A DNA stretch of 64,000 nt. Source: Rebecca billardiae RCC1528. Its lineage: Eukaryota; Protista; Haptophyta. The position numbers and the translations under genes were made by a program. Where the stretch lies: assembly GCA_965240325.2 (NCBI GenBank), contig OZ251252.1, forward strand, positions 868,001 through 932,000, given 5' to 3'. A model generated the notes under the pieces. It was not told the origin of the DNA. It saw nothing but the letters and a program-made list of their open reading frames with translations, and did no database searches. Positions 54,728 through 64,000 of the stretch are shown one piece after another (position 1 is the stretch's first letter; every line of letters begins with the position of its first letter).

Positions 54728-55204
54728 TCAGGCGCCGCCGATGAGGTGGTGCGGGCCGAGCACGAGGTTGAGGTGGCTGCCCATCACCACGCCGCAGCTC
54801 TCGAGGCTCGCGCCCTCGTCGAGCACCTTCCCGTCGAAGATGAGCCGCTGCACGTCCTCGTCGATCCCCTCGGCAAAGTGGATCTTGGACATGACGGCGT
54901 GGACCGAGTCGGTGGCCTGCACGCGGAGGGAGACGGTCTTGCCGGTGGGGCGGTCGATGGTGATGTCCATGCCCGAGACGGCGTGCGGGCCGAGCACCAG
55001 GCTCAGGTGGTCGCCCTCGTGCACGCCGTAGTCGGCGAGCGTGTGGCTGTCGTCGAGCACCTTGCCGCCAAAGATGAGCCGCTGCGTGTCGTCGTCGGGG
55101 CCGGCGAGGTCGTGGATGCGCCGCTTGACGCCGGCAACCGCGTCGGTGGGCTGCACCCACAGCTCGAGCGTCGCGCCCGTCGGCCTGTCCACGGTGATCT
55201 TCAT
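54728..55204 (-). CDS. Tandem di-ubiquitin-like protein ending IGG-A
   Basis: Two divergent ubiquitin folds: MKITVDRPTG..QRLIFGGKVLDD..TLADYGV..LSLVL and MDITIDRPTGKT..QRLIFDGKVLDE..LNLVL, then HHLIGGA*. Confidence 0.88.
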   Translation of the reverse strand: MKITVDRPTGATLELWVQPTDAVAGVKRRIHDLAGPDDDTQRLIFGGKVLDDSHTLADYGVHEGDHLSLVLGPHAVSGMDITIDRPTGKTVSLRVQATDSVHAVMSKIHFAEGIDEDVQRLIFDGKVLDEGASLESCGVVMGSHLNLVLGPHHLIGGA

Positions 55205-55292
55205 CTGCTCGGGCGGTCGGGGGTTGCGGTGTTGTGAGGCTGGGCGTGCGCGGCCGGGTCTGCGCTTTTCGCGTGTTCTCGCGTGCGCGAGA

Positions 55293-55350
55293 GCTGATTG
55301 GCCGGCGTCGGGATGGCCCAACCAGGGCCCAGCTCCATCCGCCAATCAGC
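55293..55350. promoter_or_regulatory. Inverted pair of CCAAT (NF-Y-type) boxes upstream of the di-UBL gene
   Basis: GCTGATTGGC (55293-55302) and GCCAATCAGC (55341-55350), 90-145 bp upstream of the ATG. Confidence 0.5.
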
Positions 55351-55654
55351 GCGCGACAAACTGCCTTGGCCTGCTTGCCGCTGACGAAGCGAGCCAGTGA
55401 TTTACGGCTACCTCGGTGAGTATCTCCCTTGCTTGAAGCCTGGAACGGGGGTTGACCTATGAGCGGGCTCCACCCACTTTACCCGCGGCCGGCCTTGGAA
55501 ATAATGAAAGTGTGGTAAGTAAGTGCCGAGCGGGATGTCTGCTCATATGACGAACACATCCTCGCCGGCCAAGGCCCGCGTGCAGCGCGCCGCCACCGGC
55601 ACCGCGCTGCGCCGCTGCGGGACGCGGACGGCGTGCGCAGGCCGTGCGTGCGCC

Positions 55655-57316
55655 TCAGAACGGCGGCGGTGGCAGAGGCGGCGGCCCGGCCGTGCGCGCG
55701 GCCTTGTGGGCGCCAAACGCGCCGCCCGCGCCATCGAGCCCCACGCCGTCGCCCTCCTCCCCGCCGCCCTCCTCCTCGCCCTCGCCCTCGCCACCGCCGC
55801 CGCCGCCCTTGGGCGCGCCGCCGCCGCCGCGCTTGGCGCCCGCCTGCGCCTTGAACTTGCCCACGCGCTCGATCGAGTGCCGGTACGGCGCGCTCGGGTC
55901 GAGGCGCGCGCGCCCGGCGGCGAGCTCGTCGGCGGAGGGCAGCGGCGCCTCGCAGTAGCGGGAGAGGTGCGCGCCGCGGTAGCCCTCCCTGCGCCCGCCG
56001 CCGCCGCCGCCGCCGCCGCCGCTCGCGGCGCCGCCGCCCGGCCCGGCGGCGGCGGCGGCGCCGGCGGCTGCCACGCCCGCGCCGCCACCGCCGTGCAGCA
56101 GCGCCGGCGGCGGCGGCGGCAGCGGCGGCAGCGGCGGCAGCGGCGGCGGCGGCAGCCCCGCGAGCACCCCGCCCGCCTCCGCGCCGGCACCACCGCCAGC
56201 CCCGCCCGCCAGCCCCGCGCGCGCCAGCAGCGCCATCGCCTTCTTCTTGCGCCGCACGTCGCGCTTGCGCTTCTGCACGAACCACTCGTGTACTTTCTCT
56301 GGCGGCAGGCCAGTCTGTAGCGCGAGCGCGCGCTGCGCGGGCGGCGTCGGGTGCGGCGCGGCGATGAAGGCGCCGAGCAGCACCGCGCCCACGATGCGCT
56401 CGTCCATCTCCGACTGCTTCTGGCTGCGGCGCGCACACAGCACACCACGGCCGCGGGCACGCACGGGCACGCACACACGGGCGCACGCGCGCACACACAC
56501 GCGCACACACGCACACACACACGCACACACACGCACACACACACACGCACGCACGCACACACACACACACACACGCACGCACGCACGCACGCACGCACAC
56601 ACGCACGCACACACACACGCACACGCACACACACACACACACGCACGCACGCACGCACACACGCACGCACACACACACACGCGCACACGGGCACGCACGC
56701 GCGGCGGCGGCGGCGGCGGACGCGGCGGCGGGCAGCGCGCATCTCATGAGCCCGCCGCCGCGCACGCCGCGTGCGCACGCGCGGCTCTCGGCGCCTCGCG
56801 CGCGCGCGGCGCGCCAACGCACGCGAGCTTGCGCCCCATCTCCTGGAGTTCACGGCCCAGCCCGTCCGCGCGCCGCTCGAGCGCCTTGGCCTCGCGCGGC
56901 GTGAGCACGGCGGCGGCGCGGCTGCCGCCGCTGCCCGACCGGGCGCCGCCGAGCTTGGTGCCGCCCGGCGCGCGCGCGCGCTTGGTGGGCGTGGTGGCTG
57001 CGGCGGCCGTGGGCGGCGCCGCCGCCAGCGCCACCGTGCCACCGCCCGCGCTCGCCAAGCCCGCGGCCGCCGCCGCGTGCGCGGCGCCGGCGGCGGCGCC
57101 GGGCGGCCGGGATGCAAGCACGTCGTTGGACAGCGACGCGAGGTCGGTGAAGTGCGCGCTCGGCGGCGCGAGCGCGGGGTCGGCGGCGGGGAGCGTGGGG
57201 AGCATGGGCGCGCTCGAGAGCGCCGCGTGCGCGCCGAGCGGCGCGCACGCGCCCATGCCGCCGCCGCCGCCGCCCAGCCCCGAGTGGTGCGCGCCGCCGT
57301 CGCCCAATGGCTCCAT
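55655..57316 (-). CDS. Atypical homeodomain protein; exons 57316-56823, 56423-55655
   Basis: [41 protein letters not shown] homeodomain-like helices. The GT-rich intron 56424-56822 joins the exons in frame. Confidence 0.78.
56461..56700. repeat. Compound (CA)/(CGCA)n microsatellite in an intron
   Basis: Degenerate CACA/CGCA array. A similar array lies at 23798-23900 in typA intron 1. Confidence 0.9.
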
Positions 57317-57512
57317 TGCTGCTGCCGCGAGAGGGCGCCGCCCCCTGCCGCCGCGCAGCCGCGCTTCGTCAACGCGGCGATCGCGCGCCGAGAGTCCGGG
57401 AGCGTTGCCGGCGCTTGCGCACCCGGACTGAGGACGGCGCCTTGCTCGGTGGGGCAGGGAGGTCGCCGCCAGCGTGCGAGACGCTGCGCCTTGACGCGCG
57501 CCCCGCGGAGCC

Positions 57513-58238
57513 ATGCCGCGCGGCGAGTCGTCGCGGCCGAAGCACGAGCTGGTGCGCGCCGCGCGCGCGCGCGGGGCCGACGGCCCCGCGCCCGCTCCCG
57601 CGCCCAGCGCCGCCTCGGCACGCCGCGCGCGCGCCGACCGCCGTCGCGGCCGCGCCGCTCGGCCGCGGCGCCGTGCGCGGCGCGGGGCGGCGCCGCGCGC
57701 GCCGCCGCTCGGCGGCCGCTCGCCGCCCCGCGCCGCCCCGCGCGCGTGCGCGCGCGGCACAACCGCGCCCCACGCCCACCCACGCCCCCCCACCCCGCGC
57801 CGCAGACCGCCTCCGAACGTTTCGTCCTGGGCGCCATTGTGCGCAGCGGCCGCGATGACAGCGCTTTGCTGACCGCCCTCGCGCGGATCTCGGCGGCGGA
57901 GATTGAGCGGGTGCGCGCGCGGGCGCGGCCGCGCGGCGTGGCGGCGGGCGGCGTCGTCGCGGGCGCGCGCCGTGCGTGCCGCCGCGGCGCGGCGCCCGCC
58001 GGAGAGCTCGCCTCTGCGCGGCCGCGCGGCGCGGTGCGAGCGCGCCGCCGCGCGCGGCCGCGCCGCGCGCTGACGCCGCGCCGCCGCGCGCGCCGCCCGC
58101 CCCCCGTGCGCGCACGGCGCAGGTCGACCTGCACCAGTGGGGCCCGGCGTTCGCAGCGATGGACGCGCGACTGCGCCGCGCCGCCGCGCCGGACAGCCCG
58201 CTGCTGATTGCGCCGCCGCCGCCGCCGCTGCCCGACGC

Positions 58239-58286
<48 letters not shown>

Positions 58287-58859
58287 GGCAGCCGCCGCCG
58301 CCGCCGCCACCGCGCCCGCGGGGGCGTCGGCGCACGGCGGTGCGCCGGCGCCCGCGCCGGCGCCGGCCGCCCTCGCGCCCGCCCACGACACACTCGACCC
58401 CGCCGCGCCGCACACCCCACAACCAACCGCCGGCGGCGGCGCGGCCGCCGCCGCCGCGGCCGCCGGCTTAGCCGCGGCGCCGGCGGCGGACGCGGCCGCG
58501 GCGCCGCGCTCGCTGCCTGTCGACTCGGCGCTGTTCGCCGAGCTGGTGCTGCAGTGCCTGCGCGTGAGCGCCGTGCTGCTCGAGCACTGCGCATCCACGC
58601 GCCACCTCTACCCCTCGCTCCAGGTGTGCCGCGCGCCCGCGCCACCGCCCGCGCCCGCGCCCGCGCCACCGCCCGCGCCCGCGCCCGCGCCACCGCCCGC
58701 GCCCGCGCCCGCCGCCGCAGCGGCCGCCGCGCCCGCCGCCGCCGCCGCCTCACCGCCCGCCCGTCCGTTGCGCGTGTGTGCGCCCGCGCTCGCCCCGTCC
58801 TCGCGGCCGTCCGCGCGGCACACCGGCCACGCTCGCTGCCGCGCCCCTTCGCGCGCGTT

Positions 58860-58901
<42 letters not shown>

Positions 58902-60142
58902 GTGCCGCGTGCGCCGCGCGCCGCGCGCCGCGCGCCGTGCAGTGCGTGAGCGCGCTGCTGGGCTCGGGGCACCACGCGCTGCAGGAGGCGTGCCTGCAGC
59001 TCCTCGTCACGCTCTCGCGCCGCACCTCCGGCGGCGGCGGCAGCGGCAGCGGCGGCGGCAGCGCGCGCGGAGGCGCACTTCTCGCCTCAGACCCGCAGCT
59101 GCTGGCGCGGCTGGCGGCCATTGCGCGCCCGTGGCCGGCCGCCGCCGCCGCCGCCGCGGTGGGCGCGGGCGCGGGCGGGCACGGCGGTGGTGCCGCGGCG
59201 GGGGCGGGCCGCGGGCACGCGCGTGACGCCGCGGGCGCCCCACCAGGCGGCGCCGCGGGCGAGACTCTCCTGTCGCTCTGCGCGCCCGACGCCGACGCCG
59301 ACGACGCCGCCGGCGCCGCCGGCGCGCCGCGCGGCGGCGCGGGCGGCGGCGCGGCGGCGGGCGGCGGCGGCTCTGCGGAGCGCGCCGCGCCGCGCGCCGC
59401 GCTCGCGTGCACGCTCGTGCGCCCGCGCGCCGGCGCACCCGGCGGCGCCGCCGGGCCCGCGCCGCCGCCGCCGCCGCCCGCCGCCGCGACGCGCGCGTCC
59501 GCGCGCGCGGCCGCGCGCGCCGACGGCGGCGGCGGCTCTCCGATGGACATTGACGGTGGCGGCGCGGGCGCGGACGGCGCGGACGGCGCGGGCGCGGCGC
59601 GCGGCGCGGTGCTCGTGTGCGCGGACGCGACGGCGGCGGTGCCGCTCGCGCGCACGCCGCCGCCGCCGGGCACGCGCCCGCACCCGCGCCGCCCGCTCGG
59701 CCCGCCGCTGGCTGCGGAGCGCGGCGCGCTGCGCGGCGCGCTGCGCGCGGCGTGCGCGCTCGCGCGCGCGCCGTGCGCGCCCGCGCCGCCGCCGCCCGCC
59801 GAGGCGGCGGCGGCGGCGGCGGCGCGCGCCACGCTGCTCGGCGCCGGTGCCGACGGCGCTGGCGGCTCGGCCGCGCCGGGCCCGCTCGTCGTCGTGCTGC
59901 TGCGGCGCGCGGCGCACGGCGGCGGCGCGGCGGACGGCGGCGGCGCGGCGCACGGCGGCGGCGCGGCGGACGGCGGCGGCGCGGCGCACGGCGGCGGCGC
60001 GGCGGACGGCGGCGGCGCGGCGGACGGCGGCGCGATGGACGACGACGACGACGGCGGCGGTACTGGCGGCAGCGGCGGCGTGGCCGGGATGCCGGCGCTG
60101 TCGGCCGCACACGCGGCGACGGCGGCGGCGCTCGCGCGCGCC

Positions 60143-60173
<31 letters not shown>

Positions 60174-61074
60174 TCGCGCCGCCACCGCCGACGCCGCGCG
60201 CGCCGTCGTCGCGCGGTGGCGCGGGCGCGGGCGCGGGCGCGGGCGCCGACGTCGGCGGTGGCGAGTGCGCGGCGCTCTTCGAAGCGTACGTGCGGCTGTG
60301 GCGCGGCGCGGAGGCGCGCGCGCGCGAGTGCCGCGTGGGCCACGGCTGCGCGCGGCTGCTCGCGCTCACCGCGCTCGCGCAGTGCGCGCCCGACAGCGAC
60401 GCGCTGCGCGGCGCGTTGCTCGGAGTCGGCGGCGCCGCCGCCGACGGCGACGGCGGCGGCGGCGGCGCGCACGCCGACGCGCTGGCCGAGGCGGTGGCGC
60501 TGCTCGGCGCGGACTGGGCGCTGCTGCGGTGCAAGCTGGGGCGGCACGCGTGCCACCTCCTCGCCGCGCTGCTCGCCGATCGGCGCGCGGCGGTCGCGGC
60601 GGTCGGCGCCGCGCTCGGCGGTGGCTCGGAGTGGGCTGCGGCGGCGCTGGGCGGCGCGGCGGGCGCGCGGCCGGCGGGTGGCGGCGCGGCCGCCGCTTCG
60701 CCGCCCGCGCTCAGCGCCGCGTCGGCCGTGGGCGCGCTGCACTCGCTGCTCGGCGTGGCGGAGCCGCACGGCGCGCTCAGCTCGGCGCTGCGCCGCGGCT
60801 GCGCCGCGCTCGCCGAGGCTGCGGCGGCGCCGGCGTCCGCCGCGGCGGCCTCGGCGCCCGGCCCGGCGTGCGCGGCGGCGGCGACGGCGCCGCCGCAGCC
60901 GCACCCGGCGCCGCCCGCGGCGCACTCGCTCCTCGACGCGCTGCTGCAGCTCGTCTGGTCGGTGGCGGGCACGCACGCGGGCGCGACCGCGCTCGTCGGC
61001 GCGGGCGTGCTCCCCGCGCTGCTGCCGCTGCTGCAGCCGCCCGCGGCGCGCGGCGGCGGCGGCGCGGCCGGCTC

Positions 61075-61105
<31 letters not shown>

Positions 61106-61281
61106 GCGGCGGCGCATGCCCCCGTGCACGGCGGCGCGGCGGACGTGGCGCGCGGGCGCGACGCGCGCGACTCGCTCGCCGCGCGCACCGTGCGCGTCGT
61201 CGAGGCGCTGCTCGAGGCGTCGGCCGGCGCGGGCGCGGCCGAGCGCGCGGCGGCGGGCGGCGGCGGCCTCGGCGGCGCGCT

Positions 61282-61314
<33 letters not shown>

Positions 61315-63103
61315 CGCGGCGGCCATTCTGGTCGAGCTGTCGGGCGCGGAGCTGCTGGTGGCGCGCGTCGGCGCGGAGGTGGCGCTGTGCGAGGCGGCGT
61401 ACGAGGCGCTGTGCGACGCGGCCGAGGCGGGCGCGCCGGCCGCGCCGCCGGCGGCGGGCGGCGCGCCGAGCGCCGCGCCGCCCGCCGCCGCGCCGCCGCG
61501 GCCGGCGGGCGGCGGCGCGGGCGCGCCCGCGCCCGCGCCGCCGCCCGGCGCCGGCGGCGCGCGCGCGCCCATCGTCGCGCCCTCCAAGCGCTCGCTCCTG
61601 CGCGGCCTGCTGCGCACGCTCGGGCTCGCCGTGCACGCGGCGGGCGCGACGCGCGCCGTGCGCGCCGCCGCGGGCAGCGCCGAGCTCGCGGCCGCGCTGC
61701 GCTGTCTGCTCGCCAGGCCCAGGTGCGGGGCGTGCGTGCGCCCGAGCGTGCGCCGTGCACGCGCGCCCGCGTTGGCTTGACGCGCGCGTGCCCCGGTTCG
61801 CCCTGTCGGCGCGCGCACCTGTGCCGCTGTGCGTGTGCGTGCGCGTGCGTGCGCGTGCGTGCGTGCGCGTGTGTGCGTGCGCGCAGCTACTACGGCCCGC
61901 CGCTGTTTGCGATCGCGGCGTCGCTGCTGTGCGACCTGCTGCACAACGACCCGCTCGCCTTCCCCGCGCTGCACGCGGCGGGCGTGAGCGAGGCCGTGCT
62001 CGACGTCATCCACGCGCACGTGCCGCGCACGGACCCCAGCCCTGACCCCAACCCCAACCCGAACCCGACCCCGAACCCACCACCCGGCGCGCCCGCGGCG
62101 GCCGGCGGCGGCGGCGGCGGCGGCGGCGGTACCGCGGCGCAGGCGCCACCGGCCGCCGCGGGCGCGCCGGCTGGCGGCGAGGGCGGCGCGCGCGCGATGG
62201 ACGTGGACGCGCCCGCGGCGCCCGCGCCCGCGCCGCGCCTCCGCCACCTCCGCGGCGCGCCCGCCGAGGCCATCCCGCCCTCGACCGAGGCGGTGTGCGC
62301 GGTGCCGTCCGTGCTGTCCGCGCTGTGCCTGCACGCGGACGGGCTGCGCGTCGTGGTGGCGCGCAGGCCGGTGCACGCCGTGTGCGCGCTGCTCCGCGCG
62401 CCGCAGATGCGCAAAGTGATGCAGGTGCGCGCGGCAGCGGGCGTGCGAGCGCGCGCGCGCGAGCCGTGCGGCCGCGGCGCTCACGCGCGGCCGCCGCCTT
62501 GCGCTTGCTGTGCGCGCGCGCGCGCGCGCGTGCGCGTGCGCCGCTGCGTGCCGCGGCGCGTGCAGGGCGCGGTGCCGCAGCTCCTCGGCTCTGCGGTGGA
62601 CGAGCTGGTCAGGCACGTGCCCGCGCTGCGGCCGCAGGCGGCGCAGGCGCTGCTCGGGGACGGTGCAGGCGCTCGAGGCGGAGGGCGCGGCGCTTGGGGA
62701 CTCGGCGGCGGAGGCGGAGGCGGCGGAGGCGGGCGGCGCGCCGGCGGTGGCGGGTGCGGCGGCGCCAGGCTCGACCGCGGGTGCGGGTGCGGCGGCGGCG
62801 GACGCGCCCGCCGCCGCCGCCGCCGGCGCCGCGGCGTCTGCGGAGGAACCCCCCCTGGGCGTGGGCTGCGCGGTGATGGTGGTGGGTCTGACGCACACGG
62901 CGCACGCGCACTTCAACTCGCGCGTCGGCTCGATCGTCGCCGCAGACCCGCCGCCGCTCGGCGGCGGCGGCGGCGGCGGCGCGGCGCACGCCGCCGCGCC
63001 GGCCGCCGCCGGCGGCGGCGGCGGCGGCGGCGCGTCGGCGCCGTCCGCATCGGCGGCCGCGCCGGCGGCGCGCGTCGGCGGCGCGGCGCCCGCGCCGGCG
63101 CCC

Positions 63104-63136
<33 letters not shown>

Positions 63137-63431
63137 AGCATGCGCTTCCGCGTCGTGCTGCGCGACGGGCTCGCGGACGCGCCGCCGCTGGCCGTGCGCG
63201 CCTCCAACCTGAGGCGCGTGCCCGCGGCGGTGGCGGCGGCGGCGGCGGCGGCGGCGGAGCGGCGCGCGGCGGTGTGCGCGCTGTGCGAGGCCGTGGCTGC
63301 GGTGGCGCACTTCCTCGAGCCTGCGCTCACGCACGCCGAGACGGCCGCGGCGTTCGCCGCGGCGGGCGGCGTGGCCGCGCTGCTGCGGCTGTACAACTGC
63401 CCAGGGCTGCCGCCGGGGATGGCGGTGGGCT

Positions 63432-63462
<31 letters not shown>

Positions 63463-64000
63463 CCTGGCGGGCGGCGGCGGCGGCGCGGCGGCGGAGGCGC
63501 GCGCGGCCGCGGCCGCCGCGGCGCACGCGGGCGCGGCGCCGGCCGCGCTCGCGCTCGCCTCCGCCGTGCGCGCGCTCGCGGCCGCGCAGCCGCCCGCCGC
63601 GCTCCTGGCGCTGCTGCGCGCGGTGCGCACGCACACGGCCGCGCTCGCGCCGCTCACCGAGGCCGCGCTGCGCGCGCGCGGCGCGGCGCGGCGGCGCGGC
63701 GCCGGCGCGCGCGCGGACGCCGCGGGCGCGCCGGCGGGCGCGCCGGCGCCGCCGCGCGACGGCGCGGACGGCGCCGACGGCGTCGGCGGCGGCGGCGGCG
63801 GCGAAGGCGGCGCGTGGGGCGGCGCGGCGCGCGCGTGGGCGGCCGGCGTCGGCCGCCTCCGAGACGTGCCGCCCGCCGAGCGCTCGCGGCTGCTGCGGCA
63901 CGTGCACGCGGCGGGCGCCATCCTCTCGCTATGCGCGCACGTCGCGCGCGCCGTCGGCCCTGCGGGCGCGCTCGCCGCGCTGTGGGCCGCGCCGCCGGAG
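57513..64000 (+). CDS. HUWE1/UPL1/Tom1-type giant HECT E3 ligase, N-terminal part (DUF908/DUF913); exons 57513-57551, 57806-57910, 58123-58623, 58943-61722, 61887-62424, 62566->64000 (apparent +1 frameshift at 62656-62659)
   Basis: VDLHQW..AMD and [20 protein letters not shown] (DUF908). [58 protein letters not shown] and [14 protein letters not shown] (DUF913). The gene runs off the window. Confidence 0.85.

Noticed and set aside
58750-63921. 1723-aa minus-strand ORF, and similar giants (17245-19767 +, 30588-33806 +, 33473-36796 +, 55543-58422 -, 59121-62045 +)
   Set aside because: These are antisense or off-frame shadows of real genes. Stops are rare at this GC content, and the products are A/P/R low-complexity with no motifs.

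Overview
This is a very GC-rich, gene-dense eukaryotic nuclear window with spliceosomal GT-AG introns, most with GTGCG donors. Composition, intron style and TTAGGG-type repeats suggest a haptophyte alga such as a Pavlovophyceae/Diacronema-like species (inference). About 21 protein-coding genes can be supported: a SUMO-like C-terminus, a Methyltransf_24 methyltransferase, a DHHC palmitoyltransferase, a bacterial-type bestrophin, two homeobox proteins, a J-domain/AVL9-like/MORN fusion, TypA/BipA, a PRUNE/PPX1-like exopolyphosphatase, a Tat-type lumen protein, a ~2,850-aa ARM/EF-hand protein, a DUF2993-like protein, a PDZ/NPF adaptor, a sulfotransferase-like protein, CDC26, a SnoaL-like protein, a RING-CH ligase, two small hypothetical proteins, a CCCH RNA-binding protein, a di-ubiquitin-like protein and the 5' part of a HUWE1/UPL1-type HECT ligase. 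Most long ORFs in the supplied track are antisense or off-frame shadows. The most striking structure is in the first 9 kb, a nest of non-autonomous DNA transposons with 5-bp target-site duplications (TSDs). It includes two diverged but homologous ~1.05-kb foldback elements with ~430-440-bp arms, GAG...CTC termini and identically spaced GGCGAGGC boxes. They lie in tandem as GGACG-A-GGACG-B-GGACG inside a third element with 25-bp terminal inverted repeats (TIRs) and a TTGCG TSD, 41 bp upstream of the DHHC gene. Also notable are a stop-free 14-bp palindrome (GAGATTGCAATCTC) dispersed in coding and intronic DNA, an ISG15/FAT10-like di-UBL protein, and a probable frameshift in the HECT gene.
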